Of a DNA stretch of 64,000 nucleotides, positions 49,401 through 61,599 are shown in pieces (position 1 is the first letter of the stretch; every line of letters starts with the position of its first letter). Under the pieces are notes generated by a model. The model saw only the letters and a program-made list of their open reading frames with translations, did not search any database and was not told where the DNA came from. Position numbers and translations under genes: made by a program. The stretch is taken from positions 1,860,001-1,924,000 of the forward strand of contig CATNEN010000008.1 in the NCBI GenBank assembly GCA_950097015.1, in the 5' to 3' direction. The DNA is from Macrostomum hystrix (lineage: Eukaryota > Animalia > Platyhelminthes).

Positions 49401-51974
49401 GAAAAAGTAATTGTGACAGAAAGGATAAAAAAGGTAAATAAATCATTGTTAATAAAAGAATTGCATGAATTCAGGAGTGTTATTAAGATTTTTTTATTGG
49501 GTGGCGCCAATAGGGATTTAGGGGTGCACACAAATGGGAATTGGAGGGCTCTGTGATGGGATTTAAAAGAAAGCCAAATTTAAAAGAAAAAACCCTTCAG
49601 GCCCCTAGCCAATTATGCCATTGTTTTCATTAAATAATAGAAAAAAATAAGAACGTCTTGATAAAATCAGAGCAAATAACTATCATTGTTTAATAAATAC
49701 TGGAAAAACTAGCCAATGTAAAGATAATGTCAATATAGCTAAAATAAGCTAAAGTCTAAAAACAAGAAAGAACAAGCTTGGTTTAAAATTAAATCATTTG
49801 CTTAGATTCACACATTTCATTAAGTATAAAAACTGTCAATTCTTAACAAGATAGATACTGTCTTGATTATTGATAAACATATAACTAGGTCTATGCATAG
49901 CTAGTAGGCCTATATGTAATATAGGTAGCTATATATTTAAATTTATTTTATATAGAAAGTATAAAAATAAAATAAAGAAGCAGTGAGTTGGGCATACAAT
50001 ATAACCAGCTATTTTTTAATCATATATTGCTAATAAATAGATGCATTCGATTAAACAGAGATTGTAAAATTCAAGTTAGTCACTGGTTAGCTTCATACTA
50101 TGATTGCTGCATGATATAGTAACTAAAATAATATGAAGATCAATTATTCATGAAAAAATCTTTATAAAATTCGTCGAAGCAACATATTTTGTAAGTTATA
50201 TCAAAAGAAGAGCTTTGTATCTGCTTCCAATAAAAAGTTATCAACGATTTAAGTTGAAAAAAGTGAAAAGTTCCTATCTCGCTAGTGTATTTTTCCGTAA
50301 AAATCAGCCTTTAATAAATTTTCTAAGAAACGAAGTGTCCCGTCCTTCTACTTCTAGTGGTCCTTGGTTGATATTTTAAAAGCAGCTTATAGTCATAAAT
50401 ATATTTTATGTAGCCAGATTGCTAAACATAACAAATCAAAATCTGGTTGCTTAACTATTGTCCTCTAGTCCAGATATGGTGTAAAAAGCTTTTGAACCTA
50501 CATTTATAGCCCTGGACACTATCTTTCCCTATATATTATTTCACCTTTAAAATAAAGATAGAGTAGAGCTCAGTATAGACTAATTGGTTTTTGAAACATA
50601 TGTTTTGTCTATAAGTATAAGGATAAATTTCACAAAAAATCTCCTAAAGAAAGCATAATGACAAAAATTAAAGTTGGGATATACATCCTATGCATTTCTA
50701 GATACTATTGAGTACAATTGTTTACTTGTGAATTAAAAAATTATATTAGTCTAATGAATTATTATGGTAATAAAACGATAGACTTAGTACTACTACTAGT
50801 TGCAAATAGATAATTGAAGTCGAACAAAACAAGACGCATGCGAAGGTAGCAATGGATAGAGTTGCATTGCATACCGCCATGTTCCATCAAATAGAACCCC
50901 TTCTTCTCGGCTCCAGTTTGCGTACAAGGACCACTAGAAGAAGAAGGACGGGACACTTCGTTTCTTAGAAAATTTATTAAAGGCTGATTTTTACGGAAAA
51001 ATACACTAGCGAGATAGGAACTTTTCACTTTTTTCACATTAAAACGTTGATAACTTTTTATTGGAAGCAGATACAAAGCTCTTCTTTTGATATAACTTAC
51101 AAAATATGTTGCTTCGACGAATTTTATGAAGATTTTTTCATGAATAATTGATCTTCATATTATTTTAGTTACTATATCATGCAGCAATTATAGTATGAAG
51201 CTAACTAGTGACTAACTTGAATTTTACCATCTGTTTAATCGAGTGCATCTATTTATTAGCAATATATGATTAAAAAATAGTTGGTTATAATTGTATGCCC
51301 AACTCACTGCTTCTTTATTTTAGTTTTATACTTTCTATATAAAATAAATTTAAATATATAGCTACCTATATTATATATAGGCCTACTAGCTATGCCTAGA
51401 CCTAGTTATATGTTTATCAATAATCAAGACAGTATCTATCTTGTTAAGAATTGACAGTTTTTATACTTAATGAAATGTATGAATCTAAGCAAGTGATTTA
51501 ATTTTAAACCAAGCTTGTTCTCTCTTGTTTTTAGACTTTAGCTTATTTTAGCTATATTGACATTATCTTTTCATTAGCTAGTTTTTTCAGTATTTATCAA
51601 ACAATGATAGTTATTTGCTCTGATTTTATCAAGATGTTCTTATTTTTATTTTCTTTTAGGCTCTATTTGATGAAAACAATGGCATAATTGGCTAGGGGCC
51701 TGAAGGGTTTTTTCTTTAAAATTTGGCTTTCTTTTAAATCCCATCACAGAGCCCTCCAATTCCCATTTGTGTGCACCCCTAAACCCTTATTGGCGCCACC
51801 CAATAAAAAAATCTTAATAACACCCCTGAATTCATGTAATTCTTTTATTAACAAGGATTTATTTACCTTTATTGAAATTGGTAAAGCTTTGTGCCATGCC
51901 TCAAACTCATTTTTCTGTTTAGAAAAGGAAAAAACTGTGGTCCTTTTATCCTTTGTGTCACAATTACTTTTTCA

Positions 51975-52520
51975 TTGTGGTGCATGATTCCAGATGGCAT
52001 GTGGCCTGGTCTGCCATTAATGCTCTGACAGGGCAAAAGTGGCGCATCCAACTGAATCTGGCAGGCGGCACTGTGGATGAGCACAGTAACAAGCTACGCG
52101 AGTTCTTTGCTGCCATAGTCAATGTGCTGCCACCACTGCCCAACATCCTGACACTGCCACCAGAGACTCAGTTGCGGTCAAAGGACAGTTTTAACATTGC
52201 ACCATTCACCATGGCTGAAGTCGTGATGTTTGCCTAGAAGAAGCCAGGCAGCAAAGCGCTGTGTCCAGACAAGGTGTCCATCAAGGCAAGGTGCTGCATA
52301 TTTACTGTGTGGCCAGTGAGGTTGCCTGTGTGATGAACCAAGTGGACCATGACGAACAACATTGCCATATCAAAGAAGCTGCCTGCTGGCCTATGCTGGT
52401 GCCCCAGACACTGCCGGCAATGCAGTGTTTGTTCGCAACCAGGCTCTGAAGCATGCACTGTGACACTGCTTTTTTTACCTGACAGTGTATTTTGTTGTCG
52501 TTGTTGTTATTGTGGCACAC
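51975..52520 (+). pseudogene. Homologous RT fragment inside E2 (further deleted)
   Basis: Reverse complement of 48725-49400 minus the RGI..KLFN segment. Confidence 0.8.
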
Positions 52521-53707
52521 AACACTGCATAGGCATCTTGACAATAAAAGACGATGAAAAATGAAAGGTCAGCACTACTTGAACACATTTTGCACTAAGT
52601 CATAAGTAAAACGTGTATACTATGAGCTCATATTCAAAGATATAAAAAGCTGCAAACTTCCATTTATTGTTCTCCATTTGACATCTCATGGCACATGCAC
52701 TATTGAGAAAAGAAACTCATTTCAATACACAATAATCAGAAAAATGTAAAAGAAATCTCGAAATCAACTGAAGTAGAATAAATGGATTTAAATTGTTCTT
52801 TATAACAAATGATTCTTCAAATTCAAGGCAATTTTCACAATTGAGACACAAAAATAGTATCTATATGATCTTAAATTATATAGACATGAAGTAATATCTT
52901 TCTCTACATAATGTCTTTGTGTGTCCATGAGGACAGTCAGAAGCTTACTACCTTGCAAGGGGCATCAATCACATGGTGATTAGACTGACTGGATGGGGTT
53001 GTCTAGCTGGTGACTACAGCACTTGGTTGAAAATGCAGTAAACATGAACAAGGTCCTTAGGCTCCAGGCTAGGCTCTCAAAAAGGTAGCCCAGAAGCTCC
53101 ACCAGGTTGTTCTCTGACTGGCTGGGGCTCCACCACAGGTAGGTAGAACTGGGGCAGTAGTGTTGGCACAAAGCAGAAAGGCATGGACTTTCCCTGCAAT
53201 GGCAAAAAGGTAAAAAAACACATACTAGAGCCACAATAGCAAGAACATTTTACAATTTCTTACTATAGTAAATACAATAAATAATATTACCAAAAATATT
53301 TTAACATTACACACTAATACATAGCAGAATTAGTCTACCACTGAATGAGAGCCAGATAGCTTACCTGGGCCATATCAACCTTGAAGATCTTAATAGGCAT
53401 AACAATAATAGCAAAAGCTCTGAGTACTAGTGTCAGTGCAAGCAAAACTTTATTATAGCTAAAATGTGATAAGGAACAAGTAACACTTCTTGTTTTATCT
53501 TTTTTAATTAAATGTTTCAATGTTGAAAATTTAAAGCTTAAAAACATAGACTGTGGAAGTGCTATTACTTATATTTATTGGCAATAATATTGCCCCAATA
53601 GACGAAAAATTCAATAGGCCTACTTACAACTTCTGGACTGTTAATTTCAATTGGAAATAAAAGTGATTAATTTAATGAAAATCAACAGCCAAGTCAAGCT
53701 AATATTA

Positions 53708-55285
53708 GGGTAATGTATCATCAACCAAACAAGAATGTGTATTTTTTTAACTTCAAACCTAAGCTACAAATTTTCTATTTAAGATATGATGATAAATCAA
53801 AAGCCAAGTTATAGAAAACAGTTACATCTTTCTAAAAAGTATCTGCTTTTGCTATTTTATCAAATAGAAAAAAGTTATTCCTGCTTTTTATCTAAAACCA
53901 AACAATGATTTTCATGTATCTTCAAACCAAACAGAGAATTTGATGTTTGGTTTTACAATTTGAGTGAGTGGTTTAATCTTATTTTAAGGAGTGAACTATC
54001 ATGAATTATGTAATTTGAAAGCATTTTTCATGCTCTATAAATAACTACATTTATGGTCATTTAATTGGCAAGCAACCACATACAATCTTCGTCTAAAGTA
54101 AATACTGAAAAAATGTTGTTAAAAAGTATGCTTTTGCAATAAAAATTTCTACTGAAACATCAATATCTTTCTTTCCTCTTAATGCTTCATTGCAAATCAT
54201 GCCTCAGTATTTTTTTAACTTCAAACCTAAGCTACAAATTTTCTATTTAAGATATGATGATAAATCAAAAGCCAAGTTATAGAAAACAGTTACATCTTTC
54301 TAAAAAGTATCTGCTTTTGCTATTTTATCAAATAGAAAAAAGTTATTCCTGCTTTTTATCTAAAACCAAACAATGATTTTCATGTATCTTCAAACCAAAC
54401 AGAGAATTTGATGTTTGGTTTTACAATTTGAGTGAGTGGTTTAATCTTATTTTAAGGAGTGAACTATCATGAATTATGTAATTTGAAAGCATTTTTCATG
54501 CTCTATAAATAACTACATTTATGGTCATTTAATTGGCAAGCAACCACATACAATCTTCGTCTAAAGTAAATACTGAAAAAATGTTGTTAAAAAGTATGCT
54601 TTTGCAATAAAAATTTCTACTGAAACATCAATATCTTTCTTTCCTCTTAATGCTTCATTGCAAATCATGCCTCAGTATTTTTTTAACTTCAAACCTAAGC
54701 TACAAATTTTCTATTTAAGATATGATGATAAATCAAAAGCCAAGTTATAGAAAACAGTTACATCTTTCTAAAAAGTATCTGCTTTTGCTATTTTATCAAA
54801 TAGAAAAAAGTTATTCCTGCTTTTTATCTAAAACCAAACAATGATTTTCATGTATCTTCAAACCAAACAGAGAATTTGATGTTTGGTTTTACAATTTGAG
54901 TGAGTGGTTTAATCTTATTTTAAGGAGTGAACTATCATGAATTATGTAATTTGAAAGCATTTTTCATGCTCTATAAATAACTACATTTATGGTCATTTAA
55001 TTGGCAAGCAACCACATACAATCTTCGTCTAAAGTAAATACTGAAAAAATGTTGTTAAAAAGTATGCTTTTGCAATAAAAATTTCTACTGAAACATCAAT
55101 ATCTTTCTTTCCTCTTAATGCTTCATTGCAAATCATGCCTCAGCTTGTAGATAATTTCTTCAACTTTCAAATTAGTTGTTCTATGAAACACAATAGCTTG
55201 TTTCTGTCTTGCACGAGACCAAGGAAGAAGTCAAAATTCTTGTTCAGTTTTGAAGATACACTGTTCGGTTGATGATACATTACCC
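53708..55285. mobile_element. Nested 1578-bp TIR element within E2
   Basis: 24-bp TIR GGGTAATGTATCATCAACC(A/G)AACA at 53708-53731 and 55262-55285; empty site in E1 near 47430-47445; TSD unclear (TA vs TG). Confidence 0.7.
53740..55143 (+). repeat. Three tandem 468-bp copies, apparently identical
   Basis: CTTCAAACC at 53751, 54219, 54687 (period 468). Confidence 0.93.
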
Positions 55286-58200
55286 TGGCCATAAAAATAC
55301 TATACTTGTTAAAAAAAGAAAAGTAAAATTACAGTAGATAGGCAAATAGATGGCTAAAATAGAATATTGGATAAGTTCATGACATAATAGCTAGCCATGT
55401 GCAAACCCTGAACCCAAAAAATAATATGAATAGGAAAAAAACAATTTCACTACAAATTTAAAAAACCCTTCAGTTAACGATGCCATTGTTTACATTAAAA
55501 AAATAGAAAATAAAAATAAGAACATCTTGATAAAATCAGAGCAAATAACTATCATTGTTTAATAAATACTGAAAAAACTAGCTAATGTAAAGATAATGTC
55601 AATATAGCTAAAATAAGCTAAAGTCTAAAAACAAGAGAGAACAAGCTTGGTTTAAAATTAAATCACTTGCTTAGATTCATACATTTCATTAAGTATAAAA
55701 ACTGTCAATTCTTAACAAGATAGATACTGTCTTGATTATTGATAAACATATAACTAGGTCTAGGCATAGCTAGTAGGTCTATATGTAATATAGGTAGCTA
55801 TATATTTAAATTTATTTTATATTGACAGGATAAAACTAAAATAAAGAAGCAGTGAGTTGGGCATACAATTATAAACAACTATTTTTTAATCATATATTGC
55901 TATTAAATAGATGCATCCGATTAAACAGAGATTGTAAAATTCAAGTTAAGTTAGTCACTAGTTAGCTTCATACTATAATTGCTGCATGATATAGTAACTA
56001 AAATAATATGAAGATCAATTATTCATGAAAAAATCTTCATAAAATTCGTCGAAGCAACATATTTTGTAAGTTATATCAAAAGAAGAGCTTTGTATCTGCT
56101 TCCAATAAAAAGTTATCAACGTTTTAAGGTGAAAAAAGTGAAAAGTTCCTATCTCGCTAGTGTATTTTTCCGTAAAAATCAGCCTTTAATAAATTTTCTA
56201 AGAAACGAAGTGTCCCGTCCTTCTTCTTCTAGTGGTCCTTGTTTGCGTACTGCTGTACGCTAATTTCACACGTTTTTTACAAACTGTTTTGTGAGATGCA
56301 ATATTTCATACTTTATATATTTTAACACAGATTGTTTAAAATATGCTTAAGGCCGCATGTCATGGTGACTTTACAGCTGACATATATTCCTTTTTGTTTA
56401 AGTACCTTTGTTATAGCTATTACAATCAAGATGTTCAAATCCTGATTCACGGTCCAACGTTGGTCCAACGTTATCCAACGTGGACCCACGGTCCAAAGTC
56501 CAAAGTTGAACAAAGAAGTTTGTTGTTCAACGAATGGAACATATTGAATTGAATTAGTAAGCAAATCACATATGTTCATGAAGAAATAATGTTGTTATGA
56601 TTGTATTGTTGTGTTGTTGCATTATTGTCTTGTGATTTTTGTTGTGCCTGTGCACGGACGTAGCGTTACTATTTCGCCGACGCCCATGGGCCAGTGCTAG
56701 AGAAATTCAAATCCCGTCTGTGCTTACAATCGCGCGGCGCTTGACCGAAGGCTAACTGTGACGTACAGCTTTTCAGTCTATGGATACTTAATAAGGCCGC
56801 CACATTCTCCAAAATTTCTAAACCTGCTAATGCGCTGGTGCCCATTCATCAGCAGGTTGAGCTGAAGCACGTAGCGTACTAAGCGTAACAAAAATTTTTA
56901 CCTGGGCTGAGCATAATTCATTTTATAGTTAATTTATTTGCTCCTGACATACTACTAATAATTAATTAAGTAATTAATTAATAACTGAATCAATATGCTT
57001 TTAAATCCACTAAATATAACTAGAACAACGAGTATATATCTAATTCTAGAAAAGTCTCACCACAAGCGAAAGATAGCACAGCAAAAAAAATTTTTTTATC
57101 TCTCTGTATTTTTAAGTCAAAATACGGGCTCCTAAAAACGTTTTACGTCAGAGACATCGAGGTGCATGCAATGCCGCAGTTGTTGCGTATAGCACAGTCT
57201 CTTATGGATAAGAGATTCCGCTTGCTGAATTAAAGAAGAAATATATCAAAAGCATCAGTTTCTGAGCAAACTTACAGCTGAACCGTCAGAGATAATCGTT
57301 TGCGCTTGTGTTTTTCGCTTGTAAATCTGAGGTTTACAATATTTGCTGTAGGAATGAGTATGTACTCCGCTGCCACGGACACAGAGCGGGTTAATTTTCA
57401 AATATTGTAAAACACACTCTAAAATAAATAGACTCGTAATAAACACCCGCGCAATCACCTACATGAGCTCCCTGACCTGCCACCAAATGGGATGGGAAAA
57501 TAATTTGCGAACCAAAATGCGTAAGGAATGAAGGAACTGTCAAATTTATGGCCCCACTGCAACAACACGGCAGCTTATGACCGTTCCCGCAACTGCATCA
57601 TTATCTCTACATCAATAGCACACAAGCAAACGAGTCCACAATCTCTGAAAAGAAGGAAGAAAAAGACAAGAAGCGCGAGTTAAACCCACTGTTAAGTATT
57701 TCAGGCCTCCCTAATGGCCTGCAAAACGAACTTCATGGCGCCTGTGAGAAATAAAACTGAAGCGACAGTTTTTGTTCTGCGTGTATATGTTATAGCAGCA
57801 AGCGTATTCGCATAAATTCGCGAGACTTCTATTGAGATGATCACGCTTCGCGACCGGGATTCCAGCCATGGCGGGATTATCCCAGATCCCAGAGCTAGTC
57901 AGAACTCCACAGCGGCATGCATCCGCACAGCTTCCAAAACCCTGCCCGGTTGCGCCTTTCAATAGTTCAAACTTTTTTCTATCCCTGTCTCCTCAGCCTC
58001 AGATGGGAGTTTTTTGCTCCCACCGTCTTTTCCTGTCAGCACACTTTGCAGCCACGCGCCACTTAAATAATAGCTCGCTCTGCTGGCTGGCTGGAGGTAA
58101 GGCAGGGATGGGGAATAGAACAAGGAAAAGGCCGTTGCATATAGCATTGAAATTTTCCCCACTGTCCCTATTTCTTCCTCTATATTTCTCTTCATCTGAG

Positions 58201-58552
58201 TGAGGTGCGCCAGATAACCCACAGCGGGCTGGCGAATCGTGATTTCAAATTGCACACCGCATCGCTGCAATTAACTCACTGGGGGACAAGGGGAGAAACA
58301 AATTATTGAAGAAAAAAAATGATCGCGTAAGCCGCTGCAGCCAACAGCATTTCCTGGTTGACACGTCCCGTCCGTCACTTGGGAAAAAAGACGATCACAA
58401 ATAAGAAAGAATTCAACCAGAAAACACTGACCCGTCACGACCTCCTTGAAAAAATCTGGGAATTCAACAAATCTTCGTGCGAGCTGTCACTGCATGCGTT
58501 TTGGCAACTTAGAGGCATTTGTCTGGGGCCGAAACAATGTACCATTAAATAC

Positions 58553-58997
58553 CCTCCATCCCCAATCCTCCATCCCCAATCCTCCATCCCCAATCCTCCA
58601 TCCCCAATCCTCCATCCCCAATCCTCCATCCCCAATCCTTCATCCCCAATCCTTCATCCCCAATCCTCCATCCCCAATCCTCCATCCCCAATGCTCCACC
58701 TCCAATCCTCCATCCCCAATCCGCTATCCCCAATCATCCATTCCCAATCCTCCATCCCCAATCCTAAATCCCCAATCCTCCATCCCCAATCCTCCATCCC
58801 CAATCCTCCATCCCCAATCCTCCATCCCCAATCCTTCATCCCCAATCCTTCATCCCCAATCCTCCATCCCCAATCCTCCATCCCCAATGCTCCACCTCCA
58901 ATCCTCCATCCCCAATCCGCTATCCCCAATCATCCATTCCCAATCCTCCATCCCCAATCCTAAACCCCCAATCATCCATCCCCAATCCTCCATCCCT
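58553..58997 (+). repeat. 14-bp minisatellite (CCTCCATCCCCAAT)
   Basis: Period 14; a variant block is duplicated. Confidence 0.93.
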
Positions 58998-59473
58998 AAT
59001 AATCTCTTCCCTCTCAGCAATGAATAGGGGAGGCAATGCAGTACACTTGCATGTTTTGCTGTAAAAACGCGGACGTATTGAAATCGTAATCAGTTCTAAA
59101 AAATGTTTGCCTGTTTCTGTTGCTGATTTTGTTTGAATGCATAAATTTAGCATGTTTCTGGGAAATCTGCAACTTTTTTAGTCAATGGCGTCTTATTTTT
59201 CCTTGATGCAAGATCCCATTGGTTAAGCAAGGCAGTACAATTATCTTTGTGGTTAATTTACTGACGCATTTTATGCAAAAGCAGAAACCGTTTTGGATTT
59301 GTTGACAGATAATCATAACGAGGCACTCCACCCTGACAGTTCAATGGGAATTTGTCAGTTTTCACAAATTCAGAGATTCCTAAAATTTCTTGTTATTTAC
59401 CTTTCGGAAAGATTTGATTTCCCAAACGAGACAATTTTAGGCACCGAATTCAGATTTTAGGCAAAAAAGCTGT

Positions 59474-60170
59474 TAGATATCACACACTCACCTGTTAGAT
59501 TTCACACACTCACCTGTTAGATTATACACACTCACCTGTTAGATGTCACACACTCACCTGTTAGATGTCACATACTCACCTGTTAGATGTCACACACTCA
59601 CCTGTTAGATATCACACACTCACCTGTTAGATTTCACACACTCACCTGTTAGATGTCACACACTCACCTGTTAGATATCACACATACCTGTTAGATATCA
59701 CACACTCACCTGTTAGATATCACACACTCACCTGTTAGATATCACACACTCACCTGTTAGATATCACACACTCACCTGTTAGATATCACACACTCACCTG
59801 TTAGATGTCACACACACCTGTTAGATATCACACACACACCTGTTAGGTATCACAAAAACTTGTTAGATATCACAAAAACTTGTTAGATATGACAAAAACC
59901 TATTAGATATCACAAAACCTGTTAGATCTAACAAAAACCTGTTAGGTATCACAAAAACCTGTTAGATATGACAAAACCTGTTATACGAGTATATAACAAA
60001 AACCTGTTAGGTATCACAAAACCTTTTTAGATATCACAAAAACTTGTTAGATATCACAAAAATCTGTTAGATATGACAAAAACCTATTAGATATCACAAA
60101 ACCTGTTAGATATAACAAAAACCTGTTAGATATCACAAAAACCTGTTAGATATCGCAAAGACCTGTTAGG
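59474..60170 (+). repeat. Minisatellite switching from a 22-bp unit (TTAGATATCACACACTCACCTG) to a 20-bp unit (TTAGATATCACAAAAACCTG)
   Basis: Switch near 59800-59850 through an intermediate unit. Confidence 0.93.
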
Positions 60171-61599
60171 TATGCAAAAGACAGCCAGTCACCGGAGGCA
60201 ACTGTTTCAAGTGGCTTCATCATAGTCACTAGCTTGAACTGGATGCATGTTTCAGGCCTAGCAGGTGAAATTTGCATAGCTAGCGATCTATGCAGTCTTC
60301 GCCCTTCTCACCCGCTGTGTCTTCAATGCTGTCAATTGTCTCCTATGGATGGCGCTGCGAAATGCGCCAGAATTTGATCCTCTTGAATTGAATGGGCAAA
60401 TTTGAACACGTCGCAAAGGGCAAACACAGCCGCCTTGCAGGGCATTGTCTAATAATGCCATGCAGCACATTGGTAGCATCGGCTTGCCCTGACAGCTAAG
60501 GCAAGCATTTTTCAACTATCTATATACAGCATTCACAAACTGTTTTTTTACAGTTTTGGCTACTTTTAGTCTTTTCAAGCAAGTGTTCATGTGTCTGTTA
60601 GATTGTGTACAATACAATATAGATCGATTTTAACATCGCAGACATGCAATATCAGCGTTCAGAAATGTTAGTCTTTCATTTTGTATGAACTCGTAAGCCA
60701 ATTATTTACCGAAACATGAACGAGCTATCTACTGCAAGCTTATAAAATTTACTATAATTTATAATTATAATAAATTTATAATATACTTTATAATTTATAA
60801 TTTATTAATACAATTTAAATTTATAAAATTTATAAGACTAGATATTGCATCAATATATCATTGTATTTATGCCTATGGCCAAAAGTTACGCCCGTTCAGC
60901 ATAGATATAAGTTTTGGCCATAGACATTCAAGGCGTGCAACAATCGACATTCATTTGTAAGCCCCAAAATTTGCGTAAAAAATGAGACAAGGCTGTTAAT
61001 TTAATATTTTAATATATATATATATCACAGATACTAAATACCCTAGATATGTAGCCTAAAATTTTACAACAAGAATTTAACATGGGGAAGATCGTGAGTG
61101 ACATATCTAGGGAATTTAGTACCTGTCATATAAGTTTATATTAGTTTTTTTTCTAACCTAAAATGATATTCTTTGATTCTACAGCTGCTATGGTCAAGCC
61201 AAGAACAAGGAACAAGCAACAAGGATGTCGCGCGTAAAGCGATACAATAGTTGGTGTCGACAATCAAAATGATAGTTTTATTTTTGTTAATCTATGTTGA
61301 CCATTTGGAAACAAACATGCGCAATGTTTCATTGAAAGCGTACATTAACGGATAAGTATATAGTTTAGTAATTCATCTTTATATGCGTTAATAATTTATT
61401 TACTTCTATAATATACGGGGTATATAAAAGGGTGTCGAGTTACATTTGCAAAGAATTTTGATCAGATTCTCAAAATTATTTAAAAACATCTTGCACTGAC
61501 AATAAAAAGTACATTTCCGCTTTGATTATTCGTGATTTATGCGTATTGTTATTTATTCAGAACATTCAGTTCTGTTTTACATTGCTTTGAACTTTGCGG

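Larger units (their letters stand above)
46482..50366. mobile_element. Non-autonomous long-TIR DNA transposon E1 (P/Galileo-like), 3885 bp
   Basis: Ends CAAGGACCACTAG / CTAGTGGTCCTTG; ~730-bp TIRs; perfect 8-bp TSD GTTGATAT at 46474-46481 and 50367-50374. Confidence 0.9.
50925..56241. mobile_element. Non-autonomous long-TIR DNA transposon E2, same family as E1, opposite orientation, 5317 bp
   Basis: Same CAAGG/CCTTG ends; perfect 8-bp TSD TTTGCGTA at 50917-50924 and 56242-56249; internal blocks are the reverse complement of E1. Confidence 0.9.

Noticed and set aside
46482-56241. Reading the 9.8-kb palindrome as one element or a simple inverted duplication
   Set aside because: Each half has its own distinct perfect 8-bp TSD, and the outermost flanks do not match each other
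58358-59153. Pro-rich ORFs (PSPILHPQSSIPN)
   Set aside because: Translations of the 14-bp repeat in multiple frames
56440-60930. Small hairpins (ACGTTGG-T-CCAACGT near 56455; CTATGGCCAAAA..TTTTGGCCATAG near 60873-60925)
   Set aside because: Too short, with no TSD or second copy to support an element or RNA gene
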